A stretch of 64,000 nt of DNA from a bacterium. Its GTDB lineage: Bacteria; Zhuqueibacterota; Zhuqueibacteria; Residuimicrobiales; Krinioviventaceae. The stretch lies in contig OY843751.1 of the NCBI GenBank assembly GCA_963693055.1, positions 2,816,001 through 2,880,000 on the forward strand, read 5' to 3'. Shown here piece after piece: positions 48,467 to 58,132 of the stretch (position 1 is the first letter of the stretch; each line of letters begins with the position of its first letter). Under the pieces are notes generated by a model that saw nothing but the letters and a program-made list of their open reading frames with translations, searched no databases and was not told the DNA's origin. The position numbers and the translations under genes are program-made.

Positions 48467-48775
48467 TTACTTGGTTTTTGCGGGTACGTCTTTGAATGTT
48501 GCACGGGTCTCTGTGAAAGACTCTTTTTGACCGGTTTTCTTTTCAGGTTCAACCTGTGGCGCAACCGTCACTTTTTTAGCCCGTTCGATTGCCAGTTTTA
48601 GCTTGGGATGCATGGCACCCAATATAAGGCGTTTAACCGTTTTACTTTTCCCGTTTTCATAACGGTTGTACAGCTCGTAATCTCGTTCGGTAACATTAAA
48701 CTTTTTGCCGTCTATATTTATAATTGGCATTTTATTAACCTCTCTTTTAAATTTTAGTATACATTGCTTTAACAT
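48467..48775 (-). CDS. Basic phage hypothetical protein
   Basis: ORF in the head operon; likely start MPIIN. Confidence 0.5.
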   Translation of the reverse strand: MLKQCILKFKREVNKMPIINIDGKKFNVTERDYELYNRYENGKSKTVKRLILGAMHPKLKLAIERAKKVTVAPQVEPEKKTGQKESFTETRATFKDVPAKTK

Positions 48776-49619
48776 TTTCTAATATGTTCAAGAAGTTTGA
48801 ATCTTTACGCAAAATACCAGTAAACAATCCGGGGCCATCCGCAAACCATTCACTTGTTTCATAACCCCATACAACCGCCGGGCATCCTGTGGCCCCTGCT
48901 ATATGAGCAATACCAGAATCACGGCCTAAAAACATCAAACTATTTTCTAATACATACCCAATTTGTCCAAGCGATAATTTGCCACGTAAATCAAGGCCGT
49001 AAATATTTTCGCCACAATTCAAGGGCTTATCATTACCAACAAAAACAACTTTTACCCCCAAGTCTGCTATATAGTCAAGTAGGGGCATTATAAGTCTGGG
49101 TTTTATGTTTTTGCTTTTCACCTTATCAATATTCCTTAGATGTACGGTAATGTATTTGTCTGGTAAAAGGTAGGCAGGTTTGCAAGGCTTTTCAATATTT
49201 TGTGGGTAAATCATGCCAAACTTTTTTATATTTTTTGACTCTCTTTGTATTACTATCCTATAGACGTTTGGCCCTGAAATCCGCCTAAATTGTCCGGGAA
49301 TAGATGAAACAAAGATCTTTACAAGTCGTTTGTTGTTTAGGTGGGCCTTGAATTGCTCCCAGCTTTCCGAAAAAATTACATATTCCCCCGGATTGTCAAG
49401 CAAGTATTTTTCTTTTATATTAGTAGATACAATTAAATCCCCTAGACCCTCCCCAAAGGGAGAAAATAAAGTAACCCCGCCCTTTATATTTTTGGGGTAC
49501 TGGCCCATATAAATCACAGTAAAACACCGGGGGCAAATCAACCCCCGGTTACTGAATTTTTTATAGTCCGGCTTTGCACAAGAAACCACCTCCCCACACA
49601 CCGAACATTTAAAAAACAA
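48747..49619 (-). CDS. Glycosyltransferase family 9-like protein with N-terminal Zn ribbon
   Basis: GLGDLI, DLRGKLSL and FLGRDSGIAHIAGATG heptosyltransferase-like motifs; CSVC...CPRC. Confidence 0.8.
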   Translation of the reverse strand: MFFKCSVCGEVVSCAKPDYKKFSNRGLICPRCFTVIYMGQYPKNIKGGVTLFSPFGEGLGDLIVSTNIKEKYLLDNPGEYVIFSESWEQFKAHLNNKRLVKIFVSSIPGQFRRISGPNVYRIVIQRESKNIKKFGMIYPQNIEKPCKPAYLLPDKYITVHLRNIDKVKSKNIKPRLIMPLLDYIADLGVKVVFVGNDKPLNCGENIYGLDLRGKLSLGQIGYVLENSLMFLGRDSGIAHIAGATGCPAVVWGYETSEWFADGPGLFTGILRKDSNFLNILENVKAMYTKI

Positions 49620-49968
49620 TATTCCCCCCTGATTGTTGACGTAACACCTGCTTTAGCTCTTTACGCTCGTCATCTTGTTTTTTATTTTGATCTAATGCTT
49701 TTTCTACTCGGTTGTTAATACGTTGTATTGCAAGGTCATGGTCATGGTCAACCTTTTCTCGTTCTTTGATGCAAACCGTATTAATATTGATCTTTGAGTT
49801 TAACGGGAAAAGCCAAGCCGTTAACAAAGCATTTGCAGTAAATGACATTATCATAAAAACCAACGTCACAATAACGCTTGTTTTTTCAAATATCCACCCA
49901 CCGTTCCCATCACTTTTAAAGTTCTTTTTTGCCATTTGTCCGCCTGAATTTGTTAGTAAAATTTTCAA
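49609..49968 (-). CDS. Single-TM phage membrane protein with coiled coil
   Basis: Hydrophobic VIVTLVFMIMSFTANALLTAWLF segment; likely start MAKKN. Confidence 0.5.
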   Translation of the reverse strand: MKILLTNSGGQMAKKNFKSDGNGGWIFEKTSVIVTLVFMIMSFTANALLTAWLFPLNSKININTVCIKEREKVDHDHDLAIQRINNRVEKALDQNKKQDDERKELKQVLRQQSGGNIVF

Positions 49969-50104
49969 TTAATAGTTTTACCCTTAAAAGAAACATTTTC
50001 CTGTTTATCGCTTTGACCTGTTTGTTTAATGGCTTTGATGTTTTTTTAATATCAAAATATTCAACTTTGCCAAATTCTTTTAATTTGTCCTTTACGTCTT
50101 TCAT
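49916..50104 (-). CDS. Small basic phage protein
   Basis: 62 aa; overlaps the MuF stop codon. Confidence 0.45.
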   Translation of the reverse strand: MKDVKDKLKEFGKVEYFDIKKTSKPLNKQVKAINRKMFLLRVKLLIENFTNKFRRTNGKKEL

Positions 50105-51342
50105 CTTAATAACCCCAGGTTGCTTGCTAGTTCCTCAATACTGTATGGTACATCATAGGGAGACCCCAAAGGTTGCCCGGTTTCTGGGTCTGTTCGTTCC
50201 CACTTGTTTTGAACCGTTCCGGTATACTGGTAATATGGAACCCGTATACAAAGACAATGCGGGTGCGTATCATATACCGGGCTTGGCCCCTCCCCAAAAT
50301 TCCACACCTCATTACTAAATACTTGGCAAACCTCACAAGCATTTGAAGCGGTTGACCATTGTTCATATTTAACCCCGGATTCTTGGCCCCAATAATCAAA
50401 CGCCCGGTTAGATGCAATAACGGTTTCACTACGGGCTAACCGGTTCCAATGCCATAAATGCCCCTCACCAATAGCTTTATGTATGAACCGGCCTACCTGC
50501 ATAGGATAAAGCCCATCTTTTGCCATCTGCTTTAATAATACGGCTAACTCTTTGCGCTTGGCAATTGTCAGGGGCGCACTTATTCGCTGTACTGCTGTTT
50601 GTAACATAGCCCTGAAATAATCATTATCAAGGGCCATTATTATAGTTTGCAAATACTCAAGCATGTGTTCTGGGGCAACTGCAAGGGCCATTTTTTTAGC
50701 ACGGTTAAACCCAATTGTAAAAGCGTTTAAAATAAACCACTCAACAATACTCATTTCCGCATCTGCTTTAGTGAATCCGCCGGCTAAAACTATGCTTTTA
50801 GGCGTTATTATTTTCCCGTCCGAAACGTCTAAATTCCCTACAAGGTCTTTTTTCCACTGGTCAAAAATACGGTCAAGGCCGTTTTGCATGGAAGTTGTAA
50901 ACTCAAAGCTACCGGATTCATCTACTGTATCGTTCGATACGCTTTCCCGGATAGCGTTAATATCCGGTAGCTTTAACAAAGTCAAAATGTCCTTTTCATA
51001 TTCGGTCACTTTTTCAGCAAACGCCTTAAAAAAGTCAACCTGTAGTTTTTGCATTTCCCGCCACCGGTGTTTTCTACCGGCTAACTGCTGTTCTATAACG
51101 CTAGAACTTTTTAACCTGTGGTCATCACAACCACAGGCCCGAAATACCTTATCATGGCCCGGCAAATTGTCCGGGACAATCAACCCCTGTGCCACGCTTA
51201 AAATATGGTTGTGATCATCCCAGTACAAAGAATTCGTTTCACTCAAGGCCGGATGTTTCCCCAAAGCCTCAATTAATATTTTATTTTCCATACATTGCCC
51301 CCAACATATCAATTGCTTGTTTTTCCTTGACCCGTTTTTCAA
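50101..51342 (-). CDS. Minor head morphogenesis protein (MuF/SPP1 gp7-like)
   Basis: RLARSE...W....CEVC...HPHCLC motif; follows the portal gene. Confidence 0.8.
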   Translation of the reverse strand: MKNGSRKNKQLICWGQCMENKILIEALGKHPALSETNSLYWDDHNHILSVAQGLIVPDNLPGHDKVFRACGCDDHRLKSSSVIEQQLAGRKHRWREMQKLQVDFFKAFAEKVTEYEKDILTLLKLPDINAIRESVSNDTVDESGSFEFTTSMQNGLDRIFDQWKKDLVGNLDVSDGKIITPKSIVLAGGFTKADAEMSIVEWFILNAFTIGFNRAKKMALAVAPEHMLEYLQTIIMALDNDYFRAMLQTAVQRISAPLTIAKRKELAVLLKQMAKDGLYPMQVGRFIHKAIGEGHLWHWNRLARSETVIASNRAFDYWGQESGVKYEQWSTASNACEVCQVFSNEVWNFGEGPSPVYDTHPHCLCIRVPYYQYTGTVQNKWERTDPETGQPLGSPYDVPYSIEELASNLGLLR

Positions 51343-52657
51343 TCACCTTTAATACACGGGTTAATGGTGCGTTTGACGCTTTTGTACCCAACAAGCCCCG
51401 GTTTATCAATTCATCTTTAAATTGGGTTTCATCAATAACCCCGTCAAGCATCATATTAATTAAACGGTTGTAGATTTTTTCCGCCGCTTGCGCCCGTAAA
51501 TATTCGGCCTTTGCTTTTTCGGTTTCATCCATCAGGTTTACAGGGTTCCACTCTATACCAAAATCATGGGCCGTCAAACCCTTTACAATTAAAAACTTTT
51601 CTAATATCTCATTTATAATAGGATCAAGTTTTTTTCTGTTTTCCTGAATGTTGGCAACAATCATATCATTTTGGTGTGTTGACATCCGTTCGGTAGATGT
51701 CCACTTGTACAAGCCAAACATGAACGGGGGAAATTCTGTCTTGGTAACAAGTTGCTCTAAAACGGTTCGGGTCGGAATTTCCAAATCCATTATTTGACCC
51801 TCTGCACCCAAAACCTTTACATCAACTTTTCCACCGAATGATGTACCCCCGTAAACATCTTGAACTTTGCCGGTTTTCCGGGCCGTAAAAGATTCGGTCA
51901 ATTGCGATTGAATATTGTTAGCAACTTCTAAACTATCATCTGTATCCATTCCCTCACCACCCTCAACAATTACCATAAATGTAGGGTCTCCTACTCTCCA
52001 AATAGCATTTTCTATGCTTTTAAAGATCCTTGTAAAAACTTGAGACATAAACGGTAATGAGTAAAATAAACTATAACCCTGTGGGTTACCGTCCCGGTTG
52101 TCAAACGACAAACAGAAAATATTGTCAAGTTCGGTTATAACGTTCTGGGCCACAATTCCCGGTAAATGCTGAATTAAAGAAATTTCCCCCTGTTTGCTCT
52201 TGATCTCAACATAATTAGCTTTAACGTTTTGCAGTTTATAAACATCAGTTAAAGATTCATTAAAAACCAATTCCCCGTAACCCATACCTTTTACAATAGC
52301 ACTATCTGCTAATTGGGAAACAAAAGAGTTTAACCCTTTTTGTAAATGGTTTACCTTAACCCCTGCTATAAATTTTTCCAATTCCTTTCTAGTTTGCTCG
52401 TTTTCGCAAACAGGTCTAAACCCACCAATTAGCCTAACAAGTTTAGTTGTAGCTACATCCATTAGCGGAATCGCTTCCCTTATACCATCGTATAAGTCCA
52501 TGTTTATTTTCCCAATATGGTAAGTAGAAAACAATTCAGAGAATGGTGTATCATATTCCGAACGCATACGACCCAAATACCGCCGGGCCACATTTTCATT
52601 ACTTTGTTTTGCACCTGTTATAAATTTAGGTAAAGGTATATTTATTTTCATTATCAA
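51281..52657 (-). CDS. Portal protein
   Basis: 458 aa after TerL; PQGYS and FPPFMFG motifs. Confidence 0.85.
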   Translation of the reverse strand: MIMKINIPLPKFITGAKQSNENVARRYLGRMRSEYDTPFSELFSTYHIGKINMDLYDGIREAIPLMDVATTKLVRLIGGFRPVCENEQTRKELEKFIAGVKVNHLQKGLNSFVSQLADSAIVKGMGYGELVFNESLTDVYKLQNVKANYVEIKSKQGEISLIQHLPGIVAQNVITELDNIFCLSFDNRDGNPQGYSLFYSLPFMSQVFTRIFKSIENAIWRVGDPTFMVIVEGGEGMDTDDSLEVANNIQSQLTESFTARKTGKVQDVYGGTSFGGKVDVKVLGAEGQIMDLEIPTRTVLEQLVTKTEFPPFMFGLYKWTSTERMSTHQNDMIVANIQENRKKLDPIINEILEKFLIVKGLTAHDFGIEWNPVNLMDETEKAKAEYLRAQAAEKIYNRLINMMLDGVIDETQFKDELINRGLLGTKASNAPLTRVLKVIEKRVKEKQAIDMLGAMYGK

Positions 52658-52663
52658 AAGTCC

Positions 52664-54163
52664 TTATCTTGGTTTTGCAAGCTTGAATTTTGCGGCCTTA
52701 AATGACCGTTTCCCTTTGTAAAATGTTGCAAGCAGGGAATCTAATTTATCCGGGCTACGTCCTATACGATCTTTTATATTTTTTTTACTCTCTATTTTAA
52801 TATTGCCGTTACTCATTACCTCAAAGGTCGGTGCGGTCAATTCCTGTATTAATTCGTCATCCGAGGGCAAAGCTAACTTTGCATCATGTTCCGGGTTCAA
52901 TGCATCCCTTAAGCACCAATGTAGCCAAGCCCGAACATTTAAAAACTCAAGTTCCCCGGTAATATCCTTTTTATCTTTTCCACTCTCTGAATGTTTTACA
53001 CTATATACACTTTGCCTTAATTCTTTCAACCGTGAATATACCCCGGCACCCTCTCCAATTGTATCAATAAAAGCAGACCCGCCACCTTTCAACCTATTTT
53101 TTACCTTTCCTGCAACTTCCATATGTACGGTGTCTTTGCCGCCTAATGTATCTATTGTTTCAAATTTTGTAACAATATCCCCGTATCTATAACAAAACAT
53201 TGTATTGTCAGTACCCCACCCCGCCACATCTACACCCAGCGCTAAAGGGTCTGGAAATTTATCAGTAACCCCGGAACGTTCCCACTCTCTCCACCGATCA
53301 ACCGCTAAATCTATCCAATGCAGGGGAATGAGTTGCCCCTCGGCTTCTTTGGGGAATTCACCTAAAACCTTGACCCGAAACAAATCATTAGGCCGGTACC
53401 ATTTACCATCGAATTTAAAATCTAACTCTGCAAGGCTTGCGGCCTCCTCATTAACCGGACGACACCATATTTGAACCCTTTGCTTTACCCAGTTATACCC
53501 TACCTGACCCGGTAACATCTCTGTTTTTGCCCTGACATTAACCGTATTTAAACTTGATAGCTTGTGTTTAACATACAGCGGGGAACGTGTCGAGTTAAAT
53601 GCTGTGCCAGTTGTACGTATGGGGTTAAAGATCAACAATAATTTGTGGTTTTCCGCTGTAAGTAACCCCTCCATAGCGTCGAAAGATTCATCAGGCACCC
53701 CGCTTGCCTCGGTAACAACAACCATAATATTAGGGCTATGGTATCCCTGCCAGGCTTCTTTATTTTTATCCGCCGCCTTGAACCCCTCTAAATACCATTG
53801 TGGGTTGTCGTCAAATTTTATTTTGGTGTTTAAAACTTCTCCACCCAACGGAATAAGTGCATTATTGTAAACATTTGCAATTTCAGGCATCATAATTGAA
53901 TGAACCTGCCTACCTGTTGGGGCTGTAGAAATCACTTTAGACGGGCAATGCAAATACAAGAAACATAAAGACGCTACAGCCGCAATAAAATCCTTGCCCC
54001 GGCTGTTACCTGATCTCACAGAAACCCGGTAATTCTCTTGAATGTCTCGTAAAATTTTCCTTTGTTCCCGGTCAAGCCTAACACCTAAAACGTCACGGGC
54101 AAACTTATTCCAATCATTTTGAAACGATTCAATTAATAATATGTCTTGATCTGTGGGGGTCAT
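52664..54163 (-). CDS. Terminase large subunit
   Basis: Walker A SGNSRGKD; Walker B VVVTEASG; nuclease motifs GVDVA and SPDKLD. Confidence 0.92.
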   Translation of the reverse strand: MTPTDQDILLIESFQNDWNKFARDVLGVRLDREQRKILRDIQENYRVSVRSGNSRGKDFIAAVASLCFLYLHCPSKVISTAPTGRQVHSIMMPEIANVYNNALIPLGGEVLNTKIKFDDNPQWYLEGFKAADKNKEAWQGYHSPNIMVVVTEASGVPDESFDAMEGLLTAENHKLLLIFNPIRTTGTAFNSTRSPLYVKHKLSSLNTVNVRAKTEMLPGQVGYNWVKQRVQIWCRPVNEEAASLAELDFKFDGKWYRPNDLFRVKVLGEFPKEAEGQLIPLHWIDLAVDRWREWERSGVTDKFPDPLALGVDVAGWGTDNTMFCYRYGDIVTKFETIDTLGGKDTVHMEVAGKVKNRLKGGGSAFIDTIGEGAGVYSRLKELRQSVYSVKHSESGKDKKDITGELEFLNVRAWLHWCLRDALNPEHDAKLALPSDDELIQELTAPTFEVMSNGNIKIESKKNIKDRIGRSPDKLDSLLATFYKGKRSFKAAKFKLAKPR

Positions 54164-54870
54164 TAAAATAGCCTTGCCTGTGTGGTTTCTTTCTCAATCC
54201 GGGTCAATGCATCCCGGTAATAGTCCGTATCAGTCTCAAAAGCTATCCAACCAAAACCATTATTCTCAAAAGCTACAACACTTGAACATGAACCCGCATG
54301 AGTATCCAGAATTTTATCCCCCGGATTTGCGTATTTATCTAATAGCCATTCATACAATTTTACAGGCTTTTGTGTGGGATGTATACGTTTTTCTTTTTTA
54401 TCTTTATTGCCGTGTTGTGGGGCGTTACGTCCCACGTATTGACCCTGCTTGAAACCGTTCCATGTATAATAACAGATTTTAGCAGGTTTATTAAATGATG
54501 TCCAAGCAAGTTCACAATCTGCATACGTATCTAAGCAATTGTTTTTATCCCACACAATAAATGATTTTGTTGGGCCTAAAAAATCAAGGAAATAATTACC
54601 ACCCCAAATAATTTGATTGTTAGAAACTCTGAAAAGTTCATCAAAATATTGTTGCTTGGGTATCTCATTATCCCATTTTTTTTGTTTATAATTAAACCTT
54701 TTTATCTTTGAACCTTTGCCTCTTGTGGGCTTGCCGTAAGAGGCTTTTATTTTTCCGGCAAAATCAATCCCGTATTGCGGATCTACAATAGCCAATTCAA
54801 AATATTTATTCGGGAATTGTTTCATCCCATCTATACAGTCCATATTATACAATGTGTTTAATTCAAGCAC
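54163..54870 (-). CDS. Orphan DNA N6-A/N4-C methyltransferase (beta class)
   Basis: DPQY catalytic motif (DPPY variant); HPTQKP; DTHAGSCS SAM-binding motif. Confidence 0.85.
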   Translation of the reverse strand: MLELNTLYNMDCIDGMKQFPNKYFELAIVDPQYGIDFAGKIKASYGKPTRGKGSKIKRFNYKQKKWDNEIPKQQYFDELFRVSNNQIIWGGNYFLDFLGPTKSFIVWDKNNCLDTYADCELAWTSFNKPAKICYYTWNGFKQGQYVGRNAPQHGNKDKKEKRIHPTQKPVKLYEWLLDKYANPGDKILDTHAGSCSSVVAFENNGFGWIAFETDTDYYRDALTRIEKETTQARLF

Positions 54871-55139
54871 TTGTTTAATTTCCTTTGCTCTTGTCTGTGT
54901 TTTCTATCATAACCTAAATGGCACCTTTGGCATAATGCCCGTAACCGTTCATCCTTTACCTGCCAATTTTCCGGGTCATGGTCAAGGTGTGCAATGGTCA
55001 AAATAACCCTTGACCCGGTTGCAGGATTAACGCTATAATTCTGTACCCCGCAAAATTCGCATTCATGCCCGGCCCGATTTAATACTCGTTTTCGGATTTG
55101 TTTCCAGTCAGGGGGATATTTGGAATAATCGCAAGGCAT
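54858..55139 (-). CDS. HNH endonuclease
   Basis: CEFC...LTIAHLDH...N...LRALCQRCH. Confidence 0.85.
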   Translation of the reverse strand: MPCDYSKYPPDWKQIRKRVLNRAGHECEFCGVQNYSVNPATGSRVILTIAHLDHDPENWQVKDERLRALCQRCHLGYDRKHRQEQRKLNKCLN

Positions 55140-55495
55140 TAATTTAATATTCCGTCCGGGTCAATCTTTTTTAAATAACTTTCAGGATTTTCATAACGTA
55201 TATTGCCTACTACCCTTGAGTTTTTATTCAGAATAACACGGTCTTTTGTGCAGGCAAAGCAGAGCAAGTCAGGATTCCAATATATTACCGCCTCTGCACC
55301 CGCTTCATCATGTATTATATCTCCCTCATATACCTTTGCACCATTCCTAAAAATATCACCAATTAACTGGTCACTTTTTTCAAGATTAGTAGGGCCAATA
55401 AACGCTTCTGTATCTCCCTTTATATAACCCCAATAATGGAAGTGGCTAAGTTTACCATCCACATAAACAGGTTGTCTAAACTCTAAAGGTCTCAT
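55139..55495 (-). CDS. YopX-family protein
   Basis: MRPLEFR, VYEGDI and VVGNI motifs. Confidence 0.75.
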   Translation of the reverse strand: MRPLEFRQPVYVDGKLSHFHYWGYIKGDTEAFIGPTNLEKSDQLIGDIFRNGAKVYEGDIIHDEAGAEAVIYWNPDLLCFACTKDRVILNKNSRVVGNIRYENPESYLKKIDPDGILN

Positions 55496-55499
55496 AATT

Positions 55500-55814
55500 T
55501 CATTTCTCTCTTTCTTTTACAATCTCAACTACATCTAAATAGCAATCTGTCAATATTTTAATTTTAAAATCTTTGTTTTTCCCGGTTATCTCAATACCCT
55601 CTTTGCAATAAATTGATGGGATGTCAACATTGCAATTGTGGCAATACACAAAAGTATTATATTCCGACCAATCTAACGTCTCGTTAATTTCTCCACGCTT
55701 TACCGTATTGCAGACCGGACAATATAAACCCATTTCCCAGGGTAAGTATACCGGGCAACCTTTGGGGCGCAAGCCTACAACTTTTTCAGCTCGTTCATTC
55801 TTTGAATATCCCAC
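55500..55814 (-). CDS. Phage Zn-ribbon protein
   Basis: CPVC...WSEY...CHNC. Confidence 0.55.
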   Translation of the reverse strand: MGYSKNERAEKVVGLRPKGCPVYLPWEMGLYCPVCNTVKRGEINETLDWSEYNTFVYCHNCNVDIPSIYCKEGIEITGKNKDFKIKILTDCYLDVVEIVKEREK

Positions 55815-56095
55815 TATTTACCGGCCCTCTTTTTGAAATATCCCAAATAACAAATATACCTAACCTGAATTGATCTATCCCCGCCGATTTTTCTAACTAT
55901 TTTATGAAAATCCCTACCCGCCGCTTTAGCACAATAACGCCTTGAGCCTAAAGCAAGGCTTTTCATTGTGTAACCCACCTCAAGAAATGAACTTACATTA
56001 TTTCCCGTTTTATTGTTATGGTAATACACTTCTATTTCATACCAAAACCGCCGCCCGGTTAATCGGCTGCATAATGCAACTATACTATCAATCAT
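55814..56095 (-). CDS. Phage hypothetical protein
   Basis: Translationally coupled ORF. Confidence 0.5.
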   Translation of the reverse strand: MIDSIVALCSRLTGRRFWYEIEVYYHNNKTGNNVSSFLEVGYTMKSLALGSRRYCAKAAGRDFHKIVRKIGGDRSIQVRYICYLGYFKKRAGK

Positions 56096-56220
56096 TGCGG
56101 CCCCCGTTTAATAGCATTTCTTGTCCACGCAACAACAAGCACAGTACCGGCAATTACAGCAATACAAAGCGCACCGGCAAAAACCCAAGCAACAACATAA
56201 GGAATTAAATCCCAATTCAT
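56092..56220 (-). CDS. Small single-TM protein (42 aa; not in the ORF track)
   Basis: MNWDLIPYVVAWVFAGALCIAVIAGTVLVVAWTRNAIKRGPQ fills the gap exactly, with an ATGA overlap. Confidence 0.55.
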   Translation of the reverse strand: MNWDLIPYVVAWVFAGALCIAVIAGTVLVVAWTRNAIKRGPQ

Positions 56221-56221
56221 T

Positions 56222-56446
56222 TTATACCCCCGCCGGTCTTTGTTCAAGGGTGTTTTCCCAGTTTTTAACCCGGAAACCCAAACGATTTAAAATTGTCGGC
56301 TTTTTTGCCGTGAACCAATCAGAACCAAGCCAGAAACCATTCCTTAATATTGACGGCTTGGAACAATACCAATACCAAGCCCCTGTTTTATCTTGTGCTA
56401 ACCAATTCGCATTCTTGGGGGCGTTTTTCCAACTTGGCTTTTTCAC
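56222..56446 (-). CDS. Trp-rich small phage protein, paralog A
   Basis: W..AP....WLAQD..G.W.W....P...W..TL..RP pattern. Confidence 0.65.
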   Translation of the reverse strand: MKKPSWKNAPKNANWLAQDKTGAWYWYCSKPSILRNGFWLGSDWFTAKKPTILNRLGFRVKNWENTLEQRPAGV

Positions 56447-56628
56447 TTGTCCCCCTTTGCCCTATGATGTCGACAAGTCCCGCCCTGTACCGTTGGCCGT
56501 TCTTTAACCTCACAATAACCCACGCTTGAACAAGTGGTAGGTTCGCCGTCTATTTCCGCCCGGTTATCCCAATGCTTACAGGTTATACAATTTTTGTTTC
56601 CACTCTGTTGAAATGTCCATTGACCCAT
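56443..56628 (-). CDS. Small Cys-rich phage protein
   Basis: CITCKHW...C...C. Confidence 0.5.
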   Translation of the reverse strand: MGQWTFQQSGNKNCITCKHWDNRAEIDGEPTTCSSVGYCEVKERPTVQGGTCRHHRAKGDK

Positions 56629-56630
56629 TT

Positions 56631-56840
56631 TTACACCTCCGGTCTATTGATTAAAGTTTTTTGCCATCTTGGGTTTCCTCTTGATCTCTTGTAAAACTGG
56701 TACCGGCCTTTTGACCAAGTCCAGCCCAAAGAATCCGGGCTTTTTATCGCCGGTTCATATTCGTAAAAATATATTTCGCCGCTTCTATCTTGCGCCGCAT
56801 ATTTAAACAATGCGGGAACCTTGTTCCAGTCGATTTTCAT
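56631..56840 (-). CDS. Trp-rich small phage protein, paralog B
   Basis: IDWNKVP...YAAQDRSG...WQKTLINRP. Confidence 0.65.
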   Translation of the reverse strand: MKIDWNKVPALFKYAAQDRSGEIYFYEYEPAIKSPDSLGWTWSKGRYQFYKRSRGNPRWQKTLINRPEV

Positions 56841-57238
56841 TGTTTCGCCTCGTTTACACTGATTAACATTTTCGCTTTATTTTCCAACTCTACAAAATTT
56901 TCATATCTATTTCTTTTTTCATCAAATGGCATATTGTATATATTTTTTCTCGAATATTTCCCAGACCATTCAACAAAAGACTTAACCAATGCGGCACAAT
57001 CTCGGTAATATTCAACAGCCTTTTCACCTTGCGCTAATATATCTGCTGTAGGATGCAAAGCCCAACGCTTGACTAATTCAGGTTTTACAGGGCCTATAAT
57101 TGAAGCTGTAAAAAACCCACTATCAACATAAATACCTGAAAGAACCATTCCCTTTTTTGTTTCAAAAATTACCTTTTCCATATCATTTTCTGGCAAACGT
57201 TCCGTACACTCAAAAAACTCAAATAAAACAAGATTCAT
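56837..57238 (-). CDS. Phage hypothetical protein (DUF551-like N-terminus)
   Basis: CTERLPE...VKRW pattern. Confidence 0.5.
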   Translation of the reverse strand: MNLVLFEFFECTERLPENDMEKVIFETKKGMVLSGIYVDSGFFTASIIGPVKPELVKRWALHPTADILAQGEKAVEYYRDCAALVKSFVEWSGKYSRKNIYNMPFDEKRNRYENFVELENKAKMLISVNEAKQ

Positions 57239-57242
57239 TTTC

Positions 57243-57620
57243 TTACACCTCCACCGGTCTTGACTCTAATGTATTTTCCCAGTCAATATTATTTACCAAA
57301 TTAGATGACGGGACACGATAAATAACCCCCTCAGATTGCCATATACCAACACCAATTAATTTCATTGGCTTTTTAGAATAAAAACACCATTCCCCTGTTT
57401 TATCTTGTGCTAACCATTTAGCCCATTCCGGGGCCGTATCCCACTTTGGTTTAATATCACATGAAATGAAAAATTCTTTATCAAAAGGAACAAAAACAGA
57501 ATTATTTTTATATGTACTCGTATAAATCCACCCGCCCGGAACACGTAAGATTCCATACGTACAAAATTCAGTCTCAAACCGTATAGATTCATGTAATTTT
57601 AATTCATGCAGTCGGTTCAT
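57243..57620 (-). CDS. Trp-rich phage protein, paralog C, fused to an RVPGGW domain
   Basis: LRVPGGWIY N-domain, then KPKWDTAPEWAKWLAQDKTG...WENTLESRP. Confidence 0.6.
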   Translation of the reverse strand: MNRLHELKLHESIRFETEFCTYGILRVPGGWIYTSTYKNNSVFVPFDKEFFISCDIKPKWDTAPEWAKWLAQDKTGEWCFYSKKPMKLIGVGIWQSEGVIYRVPSSNLVNNIDWENTLESRPVEV

Positions 57621-57622
57621 GC

Positions 57623-58132
57623 TTAACCCTCTCTTTTTCTGGCCTTGCGCTTCTCGCTAGCCTTTTGCAACACTTCGGCAAAAGTTACCGTACTATCAAC
57701 CTTTAAATGTTCCGGGGCGTTCAACCCTAATAACTTGCACCGTTCCGAAATACACCATTGCACACCTGCAAGGTAGCGGGGGTCTCCGGGGATTTCCTCT
57801 AACCGTTCGCCGATCTCTTGTCTCGATCTATCAATTTCATGTACATCTTTTGAATGGGTTACCTTTTTCCCGGCCTTTGACGCTTCCCACGCTTCCCAGT
57901 ATTCCCGTTCAAGTTTGTTTATACGCATGAGTTCACGGGTGCGCTGTTCATCAATATTCTTTAACCCGTCTTTTTGCCATTGCGCAATTAAAAAAGCTAT
58001 ATCACGGCTAACTGTAGCTTGAGAGATTCCCAGTTTTTGAGAGATTTCAAATTGTATATAACCCTCGTTATACATCCTTGAGACCTGTAGTCTATCCCGT
58101 TCGGCTTGCGCTTTTGTTCTCGGTTTTCCCAT
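57623..58132 (-). CDS. Terminase small subunit (HTH)
   Basis: QFEISQKLGISQATVSRD HTH; GDPRYL...ERCKLLGLNAP; first gene of the packaging operon. Confidence 0.75.
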   Translation of the reverse strand: MGKPRTKAQAERDRLQVSRMYNEGYIQFEISQKLGISQATVSRDIAFLIAQWQKDGLKNIDEQRTRELMRINKLEREYWEAWEASKAGKKVTHSKDVHEIDRSRQEIGERLEEIPGDPRYLAGVQWCISERCKLLGLNAPEHLKVDSTVTFAEVLQKASEKRKARKREG

